From: Alphaproteobacteria bacterium
GTDB taxonomy: Bacteria; Pseudomonadota; Alphaproteobacteria; MPNO01; UBA830
Assembly (NCBI GenBank): GCA_964291215.2
Contig: OZ219790.1
Coordinates: 2,304,001 to 2,368,000 of the forward strand
Direction of reading: 5' to 3'
DNA length: 64,000 nt
Each line of letters starts with the position of its first letter. Positions within the stretch are counted from its first letter, which is position 1. Both the position numbers and the translations under genes were made by a program. Below, piece after piece: positions 42,749-53,307 of the stretch. The notes beneath the pieces are model-generated. The model had not been told where the DNA came from, made no database searches, and worked only from the letters and a program-made list of their open reading frames with translations.

Positions 42749-43470
42749 CAGAGCCTCCCAGCGATCCGGCTTCGTCCGGCGCAGCGACGCCTCCAGCAAT
42801 GGCGGCGTCAGGTTCATGCGCTCGGCAATGTAGCGCACAATATGACGCTCGAACGCGCTCCCCGCAACCGGCCCGCCCACCATCTCGTCCAGAAGATCGG
42901 GCGGTATCTCCTCGGCATGAACGACTCTGAGCGCCAGAACGCACCTCGGGCGAGGCCGAGAGCCGATGCGGCGCGATCTCGCCAAGGTCGTGCACCACAT
43001 AGGCAAACTCCCTGACGAACGGCTCCAGCTCTCCGGGCGCGTCTATCATCCCCGGCACCGAGCGCGCCGCCGTCCAGCGGCCCCGGCCATGGTAGAAGAC
43101 CAGCGGGATGATCGCCGGCAGCCTGTCCCCGGCGCTGCCATTCTCGATCTCGCGGCGCCAGATGTTGACCATGTATTTCAGGAGCTGGAGTGGCGTGTCG
43201 GCGTCGACGCGGCTCTTGTGTTCGAGCAGCACATAGAGGCGCGCCTCGTGGCCGCTCCTCAGTCTCACCCGGAAGAGTGCGTCGCACTGGGTCCGCGCAG
43301 CGTCCTCGTCGACAAAGCTGCCCTCAACCGCCTCGGGCGGGGCCTCGGGGTCGAGGAGGCTCCGGCGGCAGGTACTCCGCGAGCAGCGCAGCGGCGCGGG
43401 TCGGCTCGGAGACCAGCGCGCGGAACAGCGCATCGTGCGGCGTCGCTGGAAGGCTCAAGACCTCCGGCAT
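42461..43470 (-). pseudogene. Rpn/YhgA-family PD-(D/E)XK nuclease pseudogene with DUF4351-like tail
   Basis: PHDALFRAL, GSFVD..QCDALF, LYVLLEHKS, PLVFYHG and GIEK repeats spread over three frames. Confidence 0.82.
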
Positions 43471-43702
43471 CGTCTCCGGGAGGCTCCCGACGGACAGCCC
43501 GCTCGCGGGCCGGAAGAGAAAGGACATTCGACATGGCGGCAACCTAAGCCGGGAACATCGGGTTCGCAATCGCCGGTGCCTACCTCGGGGACAGGCCGGA
43601 ACCGTCATGATGGCGGTAGTCCCCGAAGGTACCGACGGTGATACTGTCGGAAACACGGACGGCAGACGACGGCCCCGCGCACCGGATCCCGCGCCATTCA
43701 AT

Positions 43703-45330
43703 CAGGACTTTCCCACGCTGTGGTCGATGTCTTGAATGACCGCTGAACGGAGCATGAATTTCCGCATTCTTGTCAGGTTTTCTGGCTTTGGGGCCGTCCG
43801 CGGTCGTCGCCGGCGGTGTTATCGGCGCGTCGGCGGGTTGTGGGCGGCGTCCGGGAAGCGGCCGGACACCATTGGCGCTCAGGGCTGCGACGGCTTCCCG
43901 GCGGTCGAGCCGCCGCCGTGTTTCGGCGAAGCTCTCGCGTCGGGAAGATCACCGCGAGTACGATGTTGTCGAGGCTGGCGCGGTTTGCGGGTCAGGCAGG
44001 CGTCCTCGCCGAAGACGCAGTCTCGGTGGTTCATGTTTTCCACGGCCCGCGGCCGCAGCAGTTCCTCTGGCGACGCGTGTTGCGCATCGAGCTGATGTAC
44101 CGGCGTGGTCGTTGCCGCTCGCTGCGCCGCTGGCGCTCTTTCCCGGCGGCTCGCGGTAGCATGCGGGCGATCTGCCGGGGTAGTTGATCAGGTCCGGCAC
44201 GTATCGAGCGCTGCTCGAGACGGGCCTTGCCTCCTTGAAGCGGCCATCCGTCTCCCGGTCAATGCGGTCGAAGGTTTCGGGCGCCCTTGACCGGGAAGAT
44301 GTGGTCTGCGCCGCAGCGCCGGGTGATCAGCGTCGCCGGCGTCGTGCGGGTGATCACCTTGCCACGAACATCGGTGCGCTCGAGGAGGTGGCCGCCAGCT
44401 CGCCGTCGTCGAAGTTCAACAGCGCGAAGGGTGCGCCGGAGGCGTGAGGGCCACGGTCTCGTGGTGGCCGCCGCGGATGCGCTTGCCGTCGGCGGCAAGC
44501 GCCCGGGCGAGCCGGCGCCTGCCATGGCGGCCGAGCATGTTCTCGAGCGCCTCGGGATCGGACGACCCGGTGGAGGGTCGCCCCGGAGGGCGGCTCGCGC
44601 AGCCCGTCCTCGGTTTCCACCGATGGCCTCGTCCCGGGACAGCGACCGCGCAAACTGCGCAGCTGCCTTTCATGTTCGCAAGCTCGGCGAGAACGTGAGC
44701 ACACCGTGTGCTTCCTGCGCAGCGGAAGTCCTCGATCGCCGCCAGCTCGTCGTGCAGCGAACGCATCACCTCGGAACCCCGGGGAGCGAGGAGGCAGGCG
44801 GCGCCCGGCAGCGCCTGCGGGCGCGACAGCAGCCGCCGCGCCGCACAACGAAAATCTCCTTGCCATGGGGGGGCGGTGCAGCGCCCGCGGGCAAACCCCC
44901 TGGCACGCCAGCCCGCCGCCTTGTGCCCGCAAAACGCGCCGGATTGCAGAACGTCTCCACCACCTGGTGGCCGCAGACCCAGTCGTCGGCCAGCCGCCGC
45001 GTCGCAAGAAAGAAAGAGGCAAGGTTCGGAAACGTTCCCGGCGCCGCAAGCAGTCGCGTGTTGTCAGATCAAGCCACTGCTGCCCCGGCTTCCAGCCACC
45101 GGTCGCGGCACTTGAAGGCCCCGGCCAGACCACTGCCCCCTGAAGGACGCAATATGGCGCAGCCCCGCCAGACGGCGAAACCCGAGATAGTCGTCCATCA
45201 ACGCAGCGGACGCTCCTCAGGCTTCGCGAACCTCAACCCCTCTCGGAGGTCTCCTCGGACAGACCCTTCCGGAGCTGCGACGTGAATCGGACAGGACGCG
45301 ATGTGCTTGTGAACCGACATCCCCGCACCA
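43703..45330 (-). mobile_element. Second degenerate DUF4338-ISAs1-like element
   Basis: Remnants ETFCNPARFAGT, SLHDELAAIEDFR, ALAADGKRIRG, GADHIFPVKG. The end at 43703-43787 matches the MITE end. The other boundary is approximate. Confidence 0.6.
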
Positions 45331-45619
45331 TGACAACTCCAGTGCAGGAAAGCCAGCGAAAACTGTAAAAAAATCTCCCGCACCAACCCGCGCCTCCGCA
45401 AAGCCCAGGTACTGCCTTGAAAAATGGAACAGAATTTAGCGTAAGATCACCCTGCCAGCCCTTCCTGCGGTCGGTAGCGTAGAACGCGATCAGAGCTATG
45501 CCGAGCGCGACAGCGATGGCGTCGGGCCCGTCGGCAGCCTCTCCGATCACTGCCCGCAACGCCCATACACCGGACGCGGCCGCCATGGCATAGCCGAGCA
45601 CAGCCCCCAGGTTCCTCAC
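45233..45619 (-). CDS. Small two-TM membrane protein immediately after dotA/traY (C-terminus possibly altered by the IS)
   Basis: GTG 3 bp after the dotA stop; two hydrophobic segments. Confidence 0.4.
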   Translation of the reverse strand: MRNLGAVLGYAMAAASGVWALRAVIGEAADGPDAIAVALGIALIAFYATDRRKGWQGDLTLNSVPFFKAVPGLCGGAGWCGRFFYSFRWLSCTGVVMVRGCRFTSTSRPVRFTSQLRKGLSEETSERG

Positions 45620-45622
45620 GGC

Positions 45623-47707
45623 CTATCCCCGGGCACCCGGGCCGCGCGGCGCACGTAGCGCACCCAGCCGCGAAATCCCGCCAACAGCTGTTCCGATCAG
45701 CTGCTCGCCGCCGGCGTCGCCGCTGCCGCCGCGCGCGCCGATCCAGCCGAGAACCGCCTCCGGCAGCCGGTCAATCAGCCTGAATGCGCCGTTCATCAGC
45801 GCGAAGGCGATCATGACATAGAGCGTCAGCATCGCCAGAAACCCGATCGGCCCGAGCCCGTCCGCCCGTGCGGCATCGCGAAGCTGCGGCAGCCAGACAT
45901 CGTTGAACAGACCGATCGCCGCCAGAAACACGAAGTAGCCGAGTATCAGCCCGAACAGCATCAGCGGCGGCCGCAGCACCAGCGCCGGCAGGAACAACCA
46001 TCCCTGGCGCGTGGCGCGGACCGCAAGACGGTTGCCGTCCTCGCGCGTGACATGCGCGGCCGCGAGGATGGTAACCGCGAGGATCGCCTCGACGATGGAG
46101 AGCAGCCATCCGAAGATACCGAACAGGAAGCGGATGAACGGCAGGGCCGGCAGCACGTATGCAAGCACGATCCCGGCGATCAGCAGGATGCCGAGGATCA
46201 GCGACACGAAGCCGTCAGTAACCCGCCACACCGCTTCGAACACGTCCAGCCCCTTTCCGAAGAACGGGATCGATTCCAGCAGCCCCGATCCCGCGGCCGC
46301 GCCCGAGAGCGCGACGATTGCCGTCATTGCGGCCGCGATGAGGTCATGGCCGAACCCCGCCAGGTCGGCAACCGGATTGCCGCCATCGGCGATGATCGTG
46401 GCATCAAGATCGATGAACGCGAACAGGCTGTCCGCCAGCCCGCGATCGCCGCCGGCCGCCGCCGGAAGCGATCCGGTCACGCCGGCCGCCGTGGAAAAGA
46501 ACACGGGCTGGTAGCGCGACGACCGGGAGAAGCCGGCGATCAGTGCCTTGACCGCCGCGGCCGCCTGCGGCGACCAGTCCTCGAGGCCGGGAAGCGGCAG
46601 CGCCGCGTCGGGCACGTTGTGAACCGCCGTCTGGAACAGTCCCGTGCGCGACGCGACGGTATTGAAGAAACCGGCGGCCGCAAGCCAGCTCGTTGCCGCC
46701 GCATCGGCCGCAACAAGCTCTTGCAGCGCCACCTGTTCGGCCGTTGCGGCACGGCCGAGCTCGGCATCGAGAACCGCAGCATAGGCGTCGGCCAGGCCGC
46801 GCCGGTCAAGCTCCGGTTCGAGATCAGGCAGCGGACTTCCGTAGACCGACGACCCGGGCACGAAGCGGTCGCCGAGCTCGGCCGCAAGCTCACCTATCGC
46901 CGGAAACAGACCCTCGAGGGCGCGGCGATGACCGTGCGCCGCGATGCCGCGGGATCCCGATTCAGCGAGACCGTCGAAACGGATCACACCGCACAGGTCG
47001 TTCGGCATGCCCTGACTGGCGCCGTCGTAATGATGCGAAACGGCGGCCGCGCTGCGCTCGGTCCTGCGCCGAACATACGGACCGTCGCCGACGGCACGGG
47101 CTCCGGCATTGGCGACATGGGCACAGGTCTCCGAAAGCAGCGTCCTCGCGATCGCGGACCGCCAGGCAGCAGCCTTCGGCCGCGGCACGATCGGAGTGCC
47201 CTGACCCAGCACCTGCTCGGAGAACGGCCTCCAGATCGCATTTGCAAAGTCGCCGCCAAGCGCCGCAAGCCCGAGAGCGGCGTGCTGAGCGCCGTTCATG
47301 CCGCCCGGAAGGGGTGCCATCAGCGCAACCGCCGTCACGATGCGGACGATCTCCCACGCGCCGATGCCGGGGCGCCCCTCGCGCGCCGTGTCGAGTGTGC
47401 CCGCCACCGCGTGAAACACGAGGAGAAACCCTGCGAGCACCAGGACTCCGGTGTTAAACACAAAAAGCATGTCGCCGAGCGCCGCGTGGCGCGCGACATC
47501 CAGGTCGCCGAGAAAGGCGAGCACGCTCCGTGTCGCTGCATCCGCATCGCCGAAGATCCCCGGATCGACGGTCTGGGCGCCGGCGCGGCGCGGCGCCAGG
47601 CCCGACACCACGACCAGGGCCATCAGGCGCGCCCTCCTGTGGCGGCGCACGGTGTTGACCCGCGGCGGCGCGTCAGCAGGCCGTGGCACTATTCGCAGTG
47701 TCCCCAT
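45623..47707 (-). CDS. dotA: DotA/TraY-family inner-membrane protein
   Basis: N-terminal TMs (FNTGVL..., TAREG...RIVTAVALMAP), large periplasmic domain, C-terminal AYVLPALPFIRF, EAILAV, LRPPLMLFG, RLPEAVLGWIG. Confidence 0.85.
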   Translation of the reverse strand: MGTLRIVPRPADAPPRVNTVRRHRRARLMALVVVSGLAPRRAGAQTVDPGIFGDADAATRSVLAFLGDLDVARHAALGDMLFVFNTGVLVLAGFLLVFHAVAGTLDTAREGRPGIGAWEIVRIVTAVALMAPLPGGMNGAQHAALGLAALGGDFANAIWRPFSEQVLGQGTPIVPRPKAAAWRSAIARTLLSETCAHVANAGARAVGDGPYVRRRTERSAAAVSHHYDGASQGMPNDLCGVIRFDGLAESGSRGIAAHGHRRALEGLFPAIGELAAELGDRFVPGSSVYGSPLPDLEPELDRRGLADAYAAVLDAELGRAATAEQVALQELVAADAAATSWLAAAGFFNTVASRTGLFQTAVHNVPDAALPLPGLEDWSPQAAAAVKALIAGFSRSSRYQPVFFSTAAGVTGSLPAAAGGDRGLADSLFAFIDLDATIIADGGNPVADLAGFGHDLIAAAMTAIVALSGAAAGSGLLESIPFFGKGLDVFEAVWRVTDGFVSLILGILLIAGIVLAYVLPALPFIRFLFGIFGWLLSIVEAILAVTILAAAHVTREDGNRLAVRATRQGWLFLPALVLRPPLMLFGLILGYFVFLAAIGLFNDVWLPQLRDAARADGLGPIGFLAMLTLYVMIAFALMNGAFRLIDRLPEAVLGWIGARGGSGDAGGEQLIGTAVGGISRLGALRAPRGPGARG

Positions 47708-47712
47708 CGCAG

Positions 47713-48861
47713 TCAGTTCGTTCCGCTTCCCGGATTGGCGAGGCCGGGAAGGCGGCGCATGCCTTCGGCGGCGATTCCGAGATGCGCGGCGTCCATTGCG
47801 CCGCGGCGCTCGTCGAGCCGGAATCTCTCCCACCCGAGCATCAGCGACAGCGCCTGCAGCGTCACCAGTTCGCGCAGAAGGGCGGCCTCGGGCATGGCCT
47901 GGAGGCTGACGAACCAGTTCGGATCGTCGAAGCGCCTGCTGGCCAGCGTCTCGATGAGCTCGTACCTGCTGACCGGCCGCGCCGGGTCGCGCCCGGAAGA
48001 CGGCACGACGGCGGCAGCCCAGGCGCCGAGATCGGCGCCGGGCGCCCGCAGTGACCGCGCATGCGCGAAATAGTCGCTCGCCAGCGCCGTCCGCGCATCG
48101 GCGGCGCGGCCGAGCAGCACCCGCCGCCGCTCCTGGTCAGTCCCGGCCGATGCCAGCGGCAGCGGGTCGTGGATTACCGGGGCCGCGAGGTTGCGCGACA
48201 GCTCGATTGCCGTGTGCAACGCGCGGCGGTCCTTGAAGGTCGAGTGGTCGAAGAGATTGGCGGGCCTGAGGTCGGCGGCATGGAGCGCAGCATCGCCGCT
48301 GCACACGGCGGAATCTCCGGTCGTGCGCGCCGCGCTGCAATGGGTGGACACCATGGTGTCGAAGCGCGCGGCGGTGTCGGCCGCGCTGCCTGTCGCCGCG
48401 ACCACCGACGGGTCGTTGGCAATGCGGGCGGTTTCGACATCGGCAGCCCGGCCGTGCGCCGTGGCGGCCGCGGCTCGGCTCGGCGCGAGCCCGGCAAGAC
48501 CGGTAACCGCTGCACAGCCATTCGGCACCGGGCGGTGCGCCTGCTTGCTTTGCGCCTCATGGGCCTCGCGCACGGTCTGCGCCTGCAGTCGGGTCTGTGC
48601 GTCGAGGGCCTGGATCACGGCCTTCGTGCCCTGGGCCTGGTAGCCTGAAAGCTGCCCGGTCTGCAAGCGCAGCGCCTCGACGATCGACGCCTCCATCTCG
48701 TCGAGGTCGCGGCCGATGCCGCGGAGCACCCGGTTGGCCTCGATGCGGTCATTGTCGGTGCGGTCGCACTTGAGCGCGAACGCACCTCCCGGTGCCGCCG
48801 CAACCCCCACAAGGCCCGCGACCGCGGCCGCCCGCAGAACCGCTGCCACCCCGGCCGTCAT
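47713..48861 (-). CDS. Secreted TraW/IcmX-like protein
   Basis: Signal peptide; coiled-coil-like Gln-rich N-terminus; C-terminal RRFDDPNWFVSL...LLREL...ER; lies just before traY/dotA. Confidence 0.55.
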   Translation of the reverse strand: MTAGVAAVLRAAAVAGLVGVAAAPGGAFALKCDRTDNDRIEANRVLRGIGRDLDEMEASIVEALRLQTGQLSGYQAQGTKAVIQALDAQTRLQAQTVREAHEAQSKQAHRPVPNGCAAVTGLAGLAPSRAAAATAHGRAADVETARIANDPSVVAATGSAADTAARFDTMVSTHCSAARTTGDSAVCSGDAALHAADLRPANLFDHSTFKDRRALHTAIELSRNLAAPVIHDPLPLASAGTDQERRRVLLGRAADARTALASDYFAHARSLRAPGADLGAWAAAVVPSSGRDPARPVSRYELIETLASRRFDDPNWFVSLQAMPEAALLRELVTLQALSLMLGWERFRLDERRGAMDAAHLGIAAEGMRRLPGLANPGSGTN

Positions 48862-49385
48862 TGCTCCGCACCGATGACATGGCGCAGGCTGCGGGCGCTG
48901 CCGCCGTCGGAGAGGAGGCCGGAGCCCGGCACGGGCCCGACCCCGGGGAGAAGCGGTGCGCCGTCGACATAGAGACGGGTATCGGGACCGCGCCCCACAT
49001 ACCGACCATAGGCCTCGCGGGCCGCAGCGCAGATCCGCCTCCGGGTGAGGCCCAGAATGTCCCGTATCGCGCGGCCGGGATCGAAGAACATGTTGAACGC
49101 GCGATAGGCAAACAGATTCTCGACACAGGAGAAGTTGAAGATCGAATCCGGATTGCGGATGCCGCTCCGCGGATCGCGAATGAGCGCCGCGTCCTCGGCG
49201 ACGCCGGCCCGGCCGCTTGCGGCAAGGGCCTCGCGGACGGACGCGTCGCAGGCGGCAGGGGGCGCACCTGCGGCGCCCGTACCGGCAGCGCCCGCCCAGA
49301 GGAGCATGCCCACAACGGCTGCCGCGAGCCGGGCCGGCACCCTGCCGTTGCGCGAAGCGCTCCGGCATCCGTTAGCCTTCGACAT
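48858..49385 (-). CDS. Hypothetical exported Cys-containing protein within the T4BSS operon
   Basis: Hydrophobic signal; ACD, FSCV and ICAA cysteines; ATGA overlap with the next gene. Confidence 0.7.
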   Translation of the reverse strand: MSKANGCRSASRNGRVPARLAAAVVGMLLWAGAAGTGAAGAPPAACDASVREALAASGRAGVAEDAALIRDPRSGIRNPDSIFNFSCVENLFAYRAFNMFFDPGRAIRDILGLTRRRICAAAREAYGRYVGRGPDTRLYVDGAPLLPGVGPVPGSGLLSDGGSARSLRHVIGAEQ

Positions 49386-49414
49386 TCCGTCCGCCTCCTT
49401 TTCCGCCACTGCGG

Positions 49415-52402
49415 TCAGGCCGCCAAGGTCGCGGCCGCCAGATTCTCGGCCAGCAGGTCGAGCACGTCACTCTCCGAAGCCGCGTTGCGGCCACCGCGAA
49501 GCTCGTGCCGCCGCAATTCCGCGTCGATTCGCTCGCCTGCCGTGCCCGACGGGAAATGCCGCCCCAGGACCGCCCGTGCCGCCGCCGGCGGCAGCCGGCC
49601 GTAAAGCCGGTCGCGCAACGCGACATCGCGCGGACTTGTCGTCAGCGCCCACAGCTCGACCGGCCCCGGCACGTTGTAGACAAGCTGCTCGAACCGGCCG
49701 CCCCGGCGGCTTGCGATCAGAAGCGCCGGCGCGCCGCCAGAGCCGGGGCCGGTGAGCTCGTAGCTGATGGCGTCCGCAAGGACATCGCTCAGCGCGAAGA
49801 CCCCGGACAACGTTTCAATCTCGCGGATCTTGCCGCCGGCGCCGAGGAGCCAGTAGCGGTTCGCGAGTTCCACCAGCGACGGCCCGAAATCCTCGAGCCG
49901 TTGCGATGACAACGCCATTTGCACCCGGAGCTTCCGCGCCTCGCGCACGTCCCGTTCGACCTGTGCCCTGACCGCCGGCGCTCCGCCTGTCCTGTGGAAC
50001 TCGTCGAAACACAATCGCTTCGGGGTCTCGCGGATGATGCGGAGGCGCGCCTCGTGCCAGCCGCGGTAGCGTTCGGCAATCTCGGGCAGCATCTCCTCGC
50101 CGATCCACCAGTGGCGCGTCAGCGCGTGGCGGGCCAGCATGTAGAAGGCGGCCGTCTGCCGGTCGGCCTCGACCGATCCCCGGGGCGCGACATCTCCGAG
50201 ATCGATCGCAGCCGTGCGCACGCTGCCGATGTCGAAGGCGGTGGGAGCAAACATCACTGGCCAGCTTGCCGCCAGCGACGAGAGGATCCTGGTGAAGGCC
50301 TGGGTCACCGTCTCGCTGCCGGCACCGAAGCGCACATCCCCGACCAGGGCCTGGATGCGGGGTTCGCGCACGGCCGCCACGAAGTCGCCGAGGAGCGGCA
50401 CCGCATGGCGCTGCGCGCGGGCCGCGGCATCGGGGAGGCCCGCGGCGAACAGGATGTCGACCACCTCCCACCAAAGCGCGTCAGCGGGGAGGTGGGCGCC
50501 CGATTCCGCGAGCGCACGGTCGACAGCGCCGTCGATGCCCGGAGAGTGGACGCGCGGTTCTGCGCCCGCGACGCCATCGGAACGCATCTCGTAGGCGCGG
50601 GCGATGGTCGGACCGATCAGTTCGCGCATGCCGTCGGGCACGCCGTAGGCGCCGGCCGGGGTCAGCATGAGGCTCAGCAGGTTTTCGAGAAAGGCGCGCT
50701 CCGTGGACAGTGGCTCCCGGCAACCGAGCTGCGTGTCACAGGGGTTAATCGCGCAGTCCCGTGTCATCCGGAGCCGGAACCATCCGGCTTCCGCGCGCCG
50801 CGCCGGCGGCAGCGCCTCGCGGACGAGCGATACCAGACCCGCCGATGACGGGCCGATATCGATCACGGCGTTGAACGGAAGCTGCGACCGGCTGCCCTGG
50901 AGGCTGAAGGCAAGGCCGAGGCTGTTCAGGAGGACGGACTTCCCGCGACCGGGAACGCCGTAGATCAGCTCGAAACCGAAATCGTCGTCCTCCTCGAAGG
51001 AAAACGGCAGCATCCGGCCGTCGCGGCTGCGAAAGAGATGGTTGGGCCTTGCCGAGGTCAGCGGCGCCGGCCTGTCGACCGGCATCAGGCGGAGCGCCTC
51101 GGCAAGCGGCACCGCGGCGGCCTGGGCAGTGCCGCCGCAGCAGAAACCCGGAACCGATGCGGCGAAAGCCTCCAGCGGATCTCCCACCAGCGCCGAAAAC
51201 ACGGTCTCCCCCCAGCCCTCGGCGAGTTGCTGCAGGCGGCTAAGCCGCGCAGCCAGCGCACGCTCGCCCGCGTCGCTGGCGATCCACGTCAGCAGCCCGA
51301 CTCGAAGGCGGACGACGGCCCGGGAATCGGCCCGGAACGCGTCGAGATCGCGCATCGCGTTGCGCACGAGCTGGCTGTCATCGGAGGAGAAGGCGAGGAA
51401 CGAAGCCGCGATGCGCGACAACCGGGCGTCGAGCCCGCACAGCGCGCCGCCCTCGACCAGCATGGAGAACCGGAACGGCAACCCGGCATCGCCGAGCCTG
51501 TCCATCAGTTCGGCGAAGGGCCGCGCCCGCCGCGGTCCAAGCGTCATGTCGAGCGCGCCATAGCGGCGTTCGCCAATCGCCAGCCCGCCAGGCTGGCGCA
51601 CGGGATCCACGGCAAGGATCTGGGGCGCAAGCGGCGGCGGGCAGGCGCCATCTTCCGGCGGATCGGTGATGCGCGCAGGCGTGTCGTCCGCCGCGGTTGC
51701 CGGACGCCAGTCCGGTGCCGTCGACCGGGGCCCGTTCAAGAGCCGCCGCATGTGTCCGAGCGCCGATCCGGCGTCGAGCCTGGCGGCCACGAGACCGGTT
51801 TCCGCGAACACCCCGTCGATCACCGCAAGAAACGCTTCGTGCCGCGGTACCAGCGCATCGTGGACCGCAAGAGGGCACTGCGAATCCCGGATGTCGGCCG
51901 GCCAGCCGGCAAGGCGCGCGCGCAGACGCCTGCGGTCGCGCCTTTCCTGCTGCGCGGTAAGCGCCGAAGGCCGCGTCCAGGCAGCGGCGACAAGCGTTTC
52001 GGCGGCAAGGAGCCCCGCAAGATGCCGGCTGCGTTCGGCCAAGAGGTCGTCCAGCTCGAGGCCAAGCCTTTCGGCCTGGAGCCGCTGGCGGCCATTGACG
52101 GATTCGACCAGAAGATCCGCTTCGTCGGGAGCACGTTCGAGCACGACATGCAGCGCGTGGCCGGGTTCGGAAAAGCTGTTGTTGAGGCGGTGCGCCGCCA
52201 GTTCGACGAAGCGGTCGAGCTGGCCGGCGCCCATGATCGCACGCGCGCCGTCGATCCGGCAGAGCGAGACCAGCGAGCCGTCGCGGCACAGCAGGACATC
52301 GCGGCCGAGGGCGGCCGCCGGCAGCATAAAGCTCTCCAGCGGCTTGCGCCGCAGCGTCCAGGCGAGACCCGCGGCATCCTCGAAAACCGTGCGGAGCGCC
52401 AC
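49415..52402 (-). CDS. icmB: IcmB/DotO (TraU, VirB4-like) ATPase
   Basis: 995 aa; Walker A GVPGRGKS, VIDIGPSS, INPCDTQLGCR.P..ERAFL, Walker B FDEFHR, REARK..SSQ, GPVELWALTT..D..LR. Confidence 0.9.
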   Translation of the reverse strand: MALRTVFEDAAGLAWTLRRKPLESFMLPAAALGRDVLLCRDGSLVSLCRIDGARAIMGAGQLDRFVELAAHRLNNSFSEPGHALHVVLERAPDEADLLVESVNGRQRLQAERLGLELDDLLAERSRHLAGLLAAETLVAAAWTRPSALTAQQERRDRRRLRARLAGWPADIRDSQCPLAVHDALVPRHEAFLAVIDGVFAETGLVAARLDAGSALGHMRRLLNGPRSTAPDWRPATAADDTPARITDPPEDGACPPPLAPQILAVDPVRQPGGLAIGERRYGALDMTLGPRRARPFAELMDRLGDAGLPFRFSMLVEGGALCGLDARLSRIAASFLAFSSDDSQLVRNAMRDLDAFRADSRAVVRLRVGLLTWIASDAGERALAARLSRLQQLAEGWGETVFSALVGDPLEAFAASVPGFCCGGTAQAAAVPLAEALRLMPVDRPAPLTSARPNHLFRSRDGRMLPFSFEEDDDFGFELIYGVPGRGKSVLLNSLGLAFSLQGSRSQLPFNAVIDIGPSSAGLVSLVREALPPARRAEAGWFRLRMTRDCAINPCDTQLGCREPLSTERAFLENLLSLMLTPAGAYGVPDGMRELIGPTIARAYEMRSDGVAGAEPRVHSPGIDGAVDRALAESGAHLPADALWWEVVDILFAAGLPDAAARAQRHAVPLLGDFVAAVREPRIQALVGDVRFGAGSETVTQAFTRILSSLAASWPVMFAPTAFDIGSVRTAAIDLGDVAPRGSVEADRQTAAFYMLARHALTRHWWIGEEMLPEIAERYRGWHEARLRIIRETPKRLCFDEFHRTGGAPAVRAQVERDVREARKLRVQMALSSQRLEDFGPSLVELANRYWLLGAGGKIREIETLSGVFALSDVLADAISYELTGPGSGGAPALLIASRRGGRFEQLVYNVPGPVELWALTTSPRDVALRDRLYGRLPPAAARAVLGRHFPSGTAGERIDAELRRHELRGGRNAASESDVLDLLAENLAAATLAA

Positions 52403-52412
52403 CGGCGGTGCC

Positions 52413-52757
52413 CTAGAGCCGTGGCCGCGTGACCGTTCGGGCGCCGCTGTCGAGCCCGATGGTCTCGGCGAGGCCGTTGATCACGGCGGGAGTGGCAATC
52501 AGCGCCACTCCGATAAGAACTGCGATCAGCCCGCTGCCGATGGTCGTCTGCTGCGGGTGGTCGACGTGGCGCTTGAGCTTGAGGAGCCCGAAACCCACGA
52601 CGCCGGCGCCGATGATGTAGAACGCGACCGCGAGAAGCGCCGGCACGGCCTCGAGATCGGATGCCGCCCGGCTCGCCATGTCGCCAAGCGAGACCGCGGA
52701 CGCCGGAACGGCGCCGACGGACGCAGCAAGGGCCGCGGGCACGGCAGATCGTTTCAT
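52413..52757 (-). CDS. IcmD/DotP (TraR) pilin-like membrane protein
   Basis: Signal peptide plus two TMs around LLKLKRHVDHPQQ; strong GAAGGGAG RBS. Confidence 0.7.
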   Translation of the reverse strand: MKRSAVPAALAASVGAVPASAVSLGDMASRAASDLEAVPALLAVAFYIIGAGVVGFGLLKLKRHVDHPQQTTIGSGLIAVLIGVALIATPAVINGLAETIGLDSGARTVTRPRL

Positions 52758-52770
52758 TGGTCGTCTCCCT

Positions 52771-53307
52771 TCATGAAAAACGCAGAACCTGGATGCCGAG
52801 ACTGTTCTGCAGCGCATCGATGACGCCGGTGATGTGCCAGCCGCCGATGCCGCCGACGATGTGCGCGCAGGCACCGCCGGCGCTGGCGCCCGGGCGGTGG
52901 TCGGCAGCCGCGCGCAGGACGAACACGCCCCTGAGAAAGGCGCACAACCCGACCAGCCTCACGATCGTGAAGACGGCGGCGAGCAGCGCGTCATGACCTG
53001 CCGCGCCGCCGCCGTAGGCGAGACCGGCGGACGCCGACGGACGCGGCACGCCAAACAGGCTGTTGCCGGCGGCATCGAGCCATGACGGGAATGTGGCCAT
53101 GATCGCGGTGATGACGAAGCTCAGCACCGCCCCCCAGCCGCCCGGCGCCCCGCTTCCGCCGTTCGACATCCGGAGAAGCCTGAACAGGCCCTGGAGGAAC
53201 GCCGCAAGCGCCAGGACGTAGCAGACGATGGCGATCACGGCCGCAAACCCGGGCGCGATGTCGCGGACCAGGGAAATCATCGCCTGCCCGGCGTCATTTC
53301 CCGCCAT
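52771..53307 (-). CDS. IcmC/DotE (TraQ)-like membrane protein
   Basis: Four TMs; VRLVGLCAFLRG and HIVGG motifs. Confidence 0.7.
   Translation of the reverse strand: MAGNDAGQAMISLVRDIAPGFAAVIAIVCYVLALAAFLQGLFRLLRMSNGGSGAPGGWGAVLSFVITAIMATFPSWLDAAGNSLFGVPRPSASAGLAYGGGAAGHDALLAAVFTIVRLVGLCAFLRGVFVLRAAADHRPGASAGGACAHIVGGIGGWHITGVIDALQNSLGIQVLRFS

Noticed and set aside
23883-43787. 85-bp direct repeats as attL/attR of a 20-kb island
   Set aside because: The interval contains core genes (rpsD, cimA, trmJ); the repeats are better explained as IS/MITE ends
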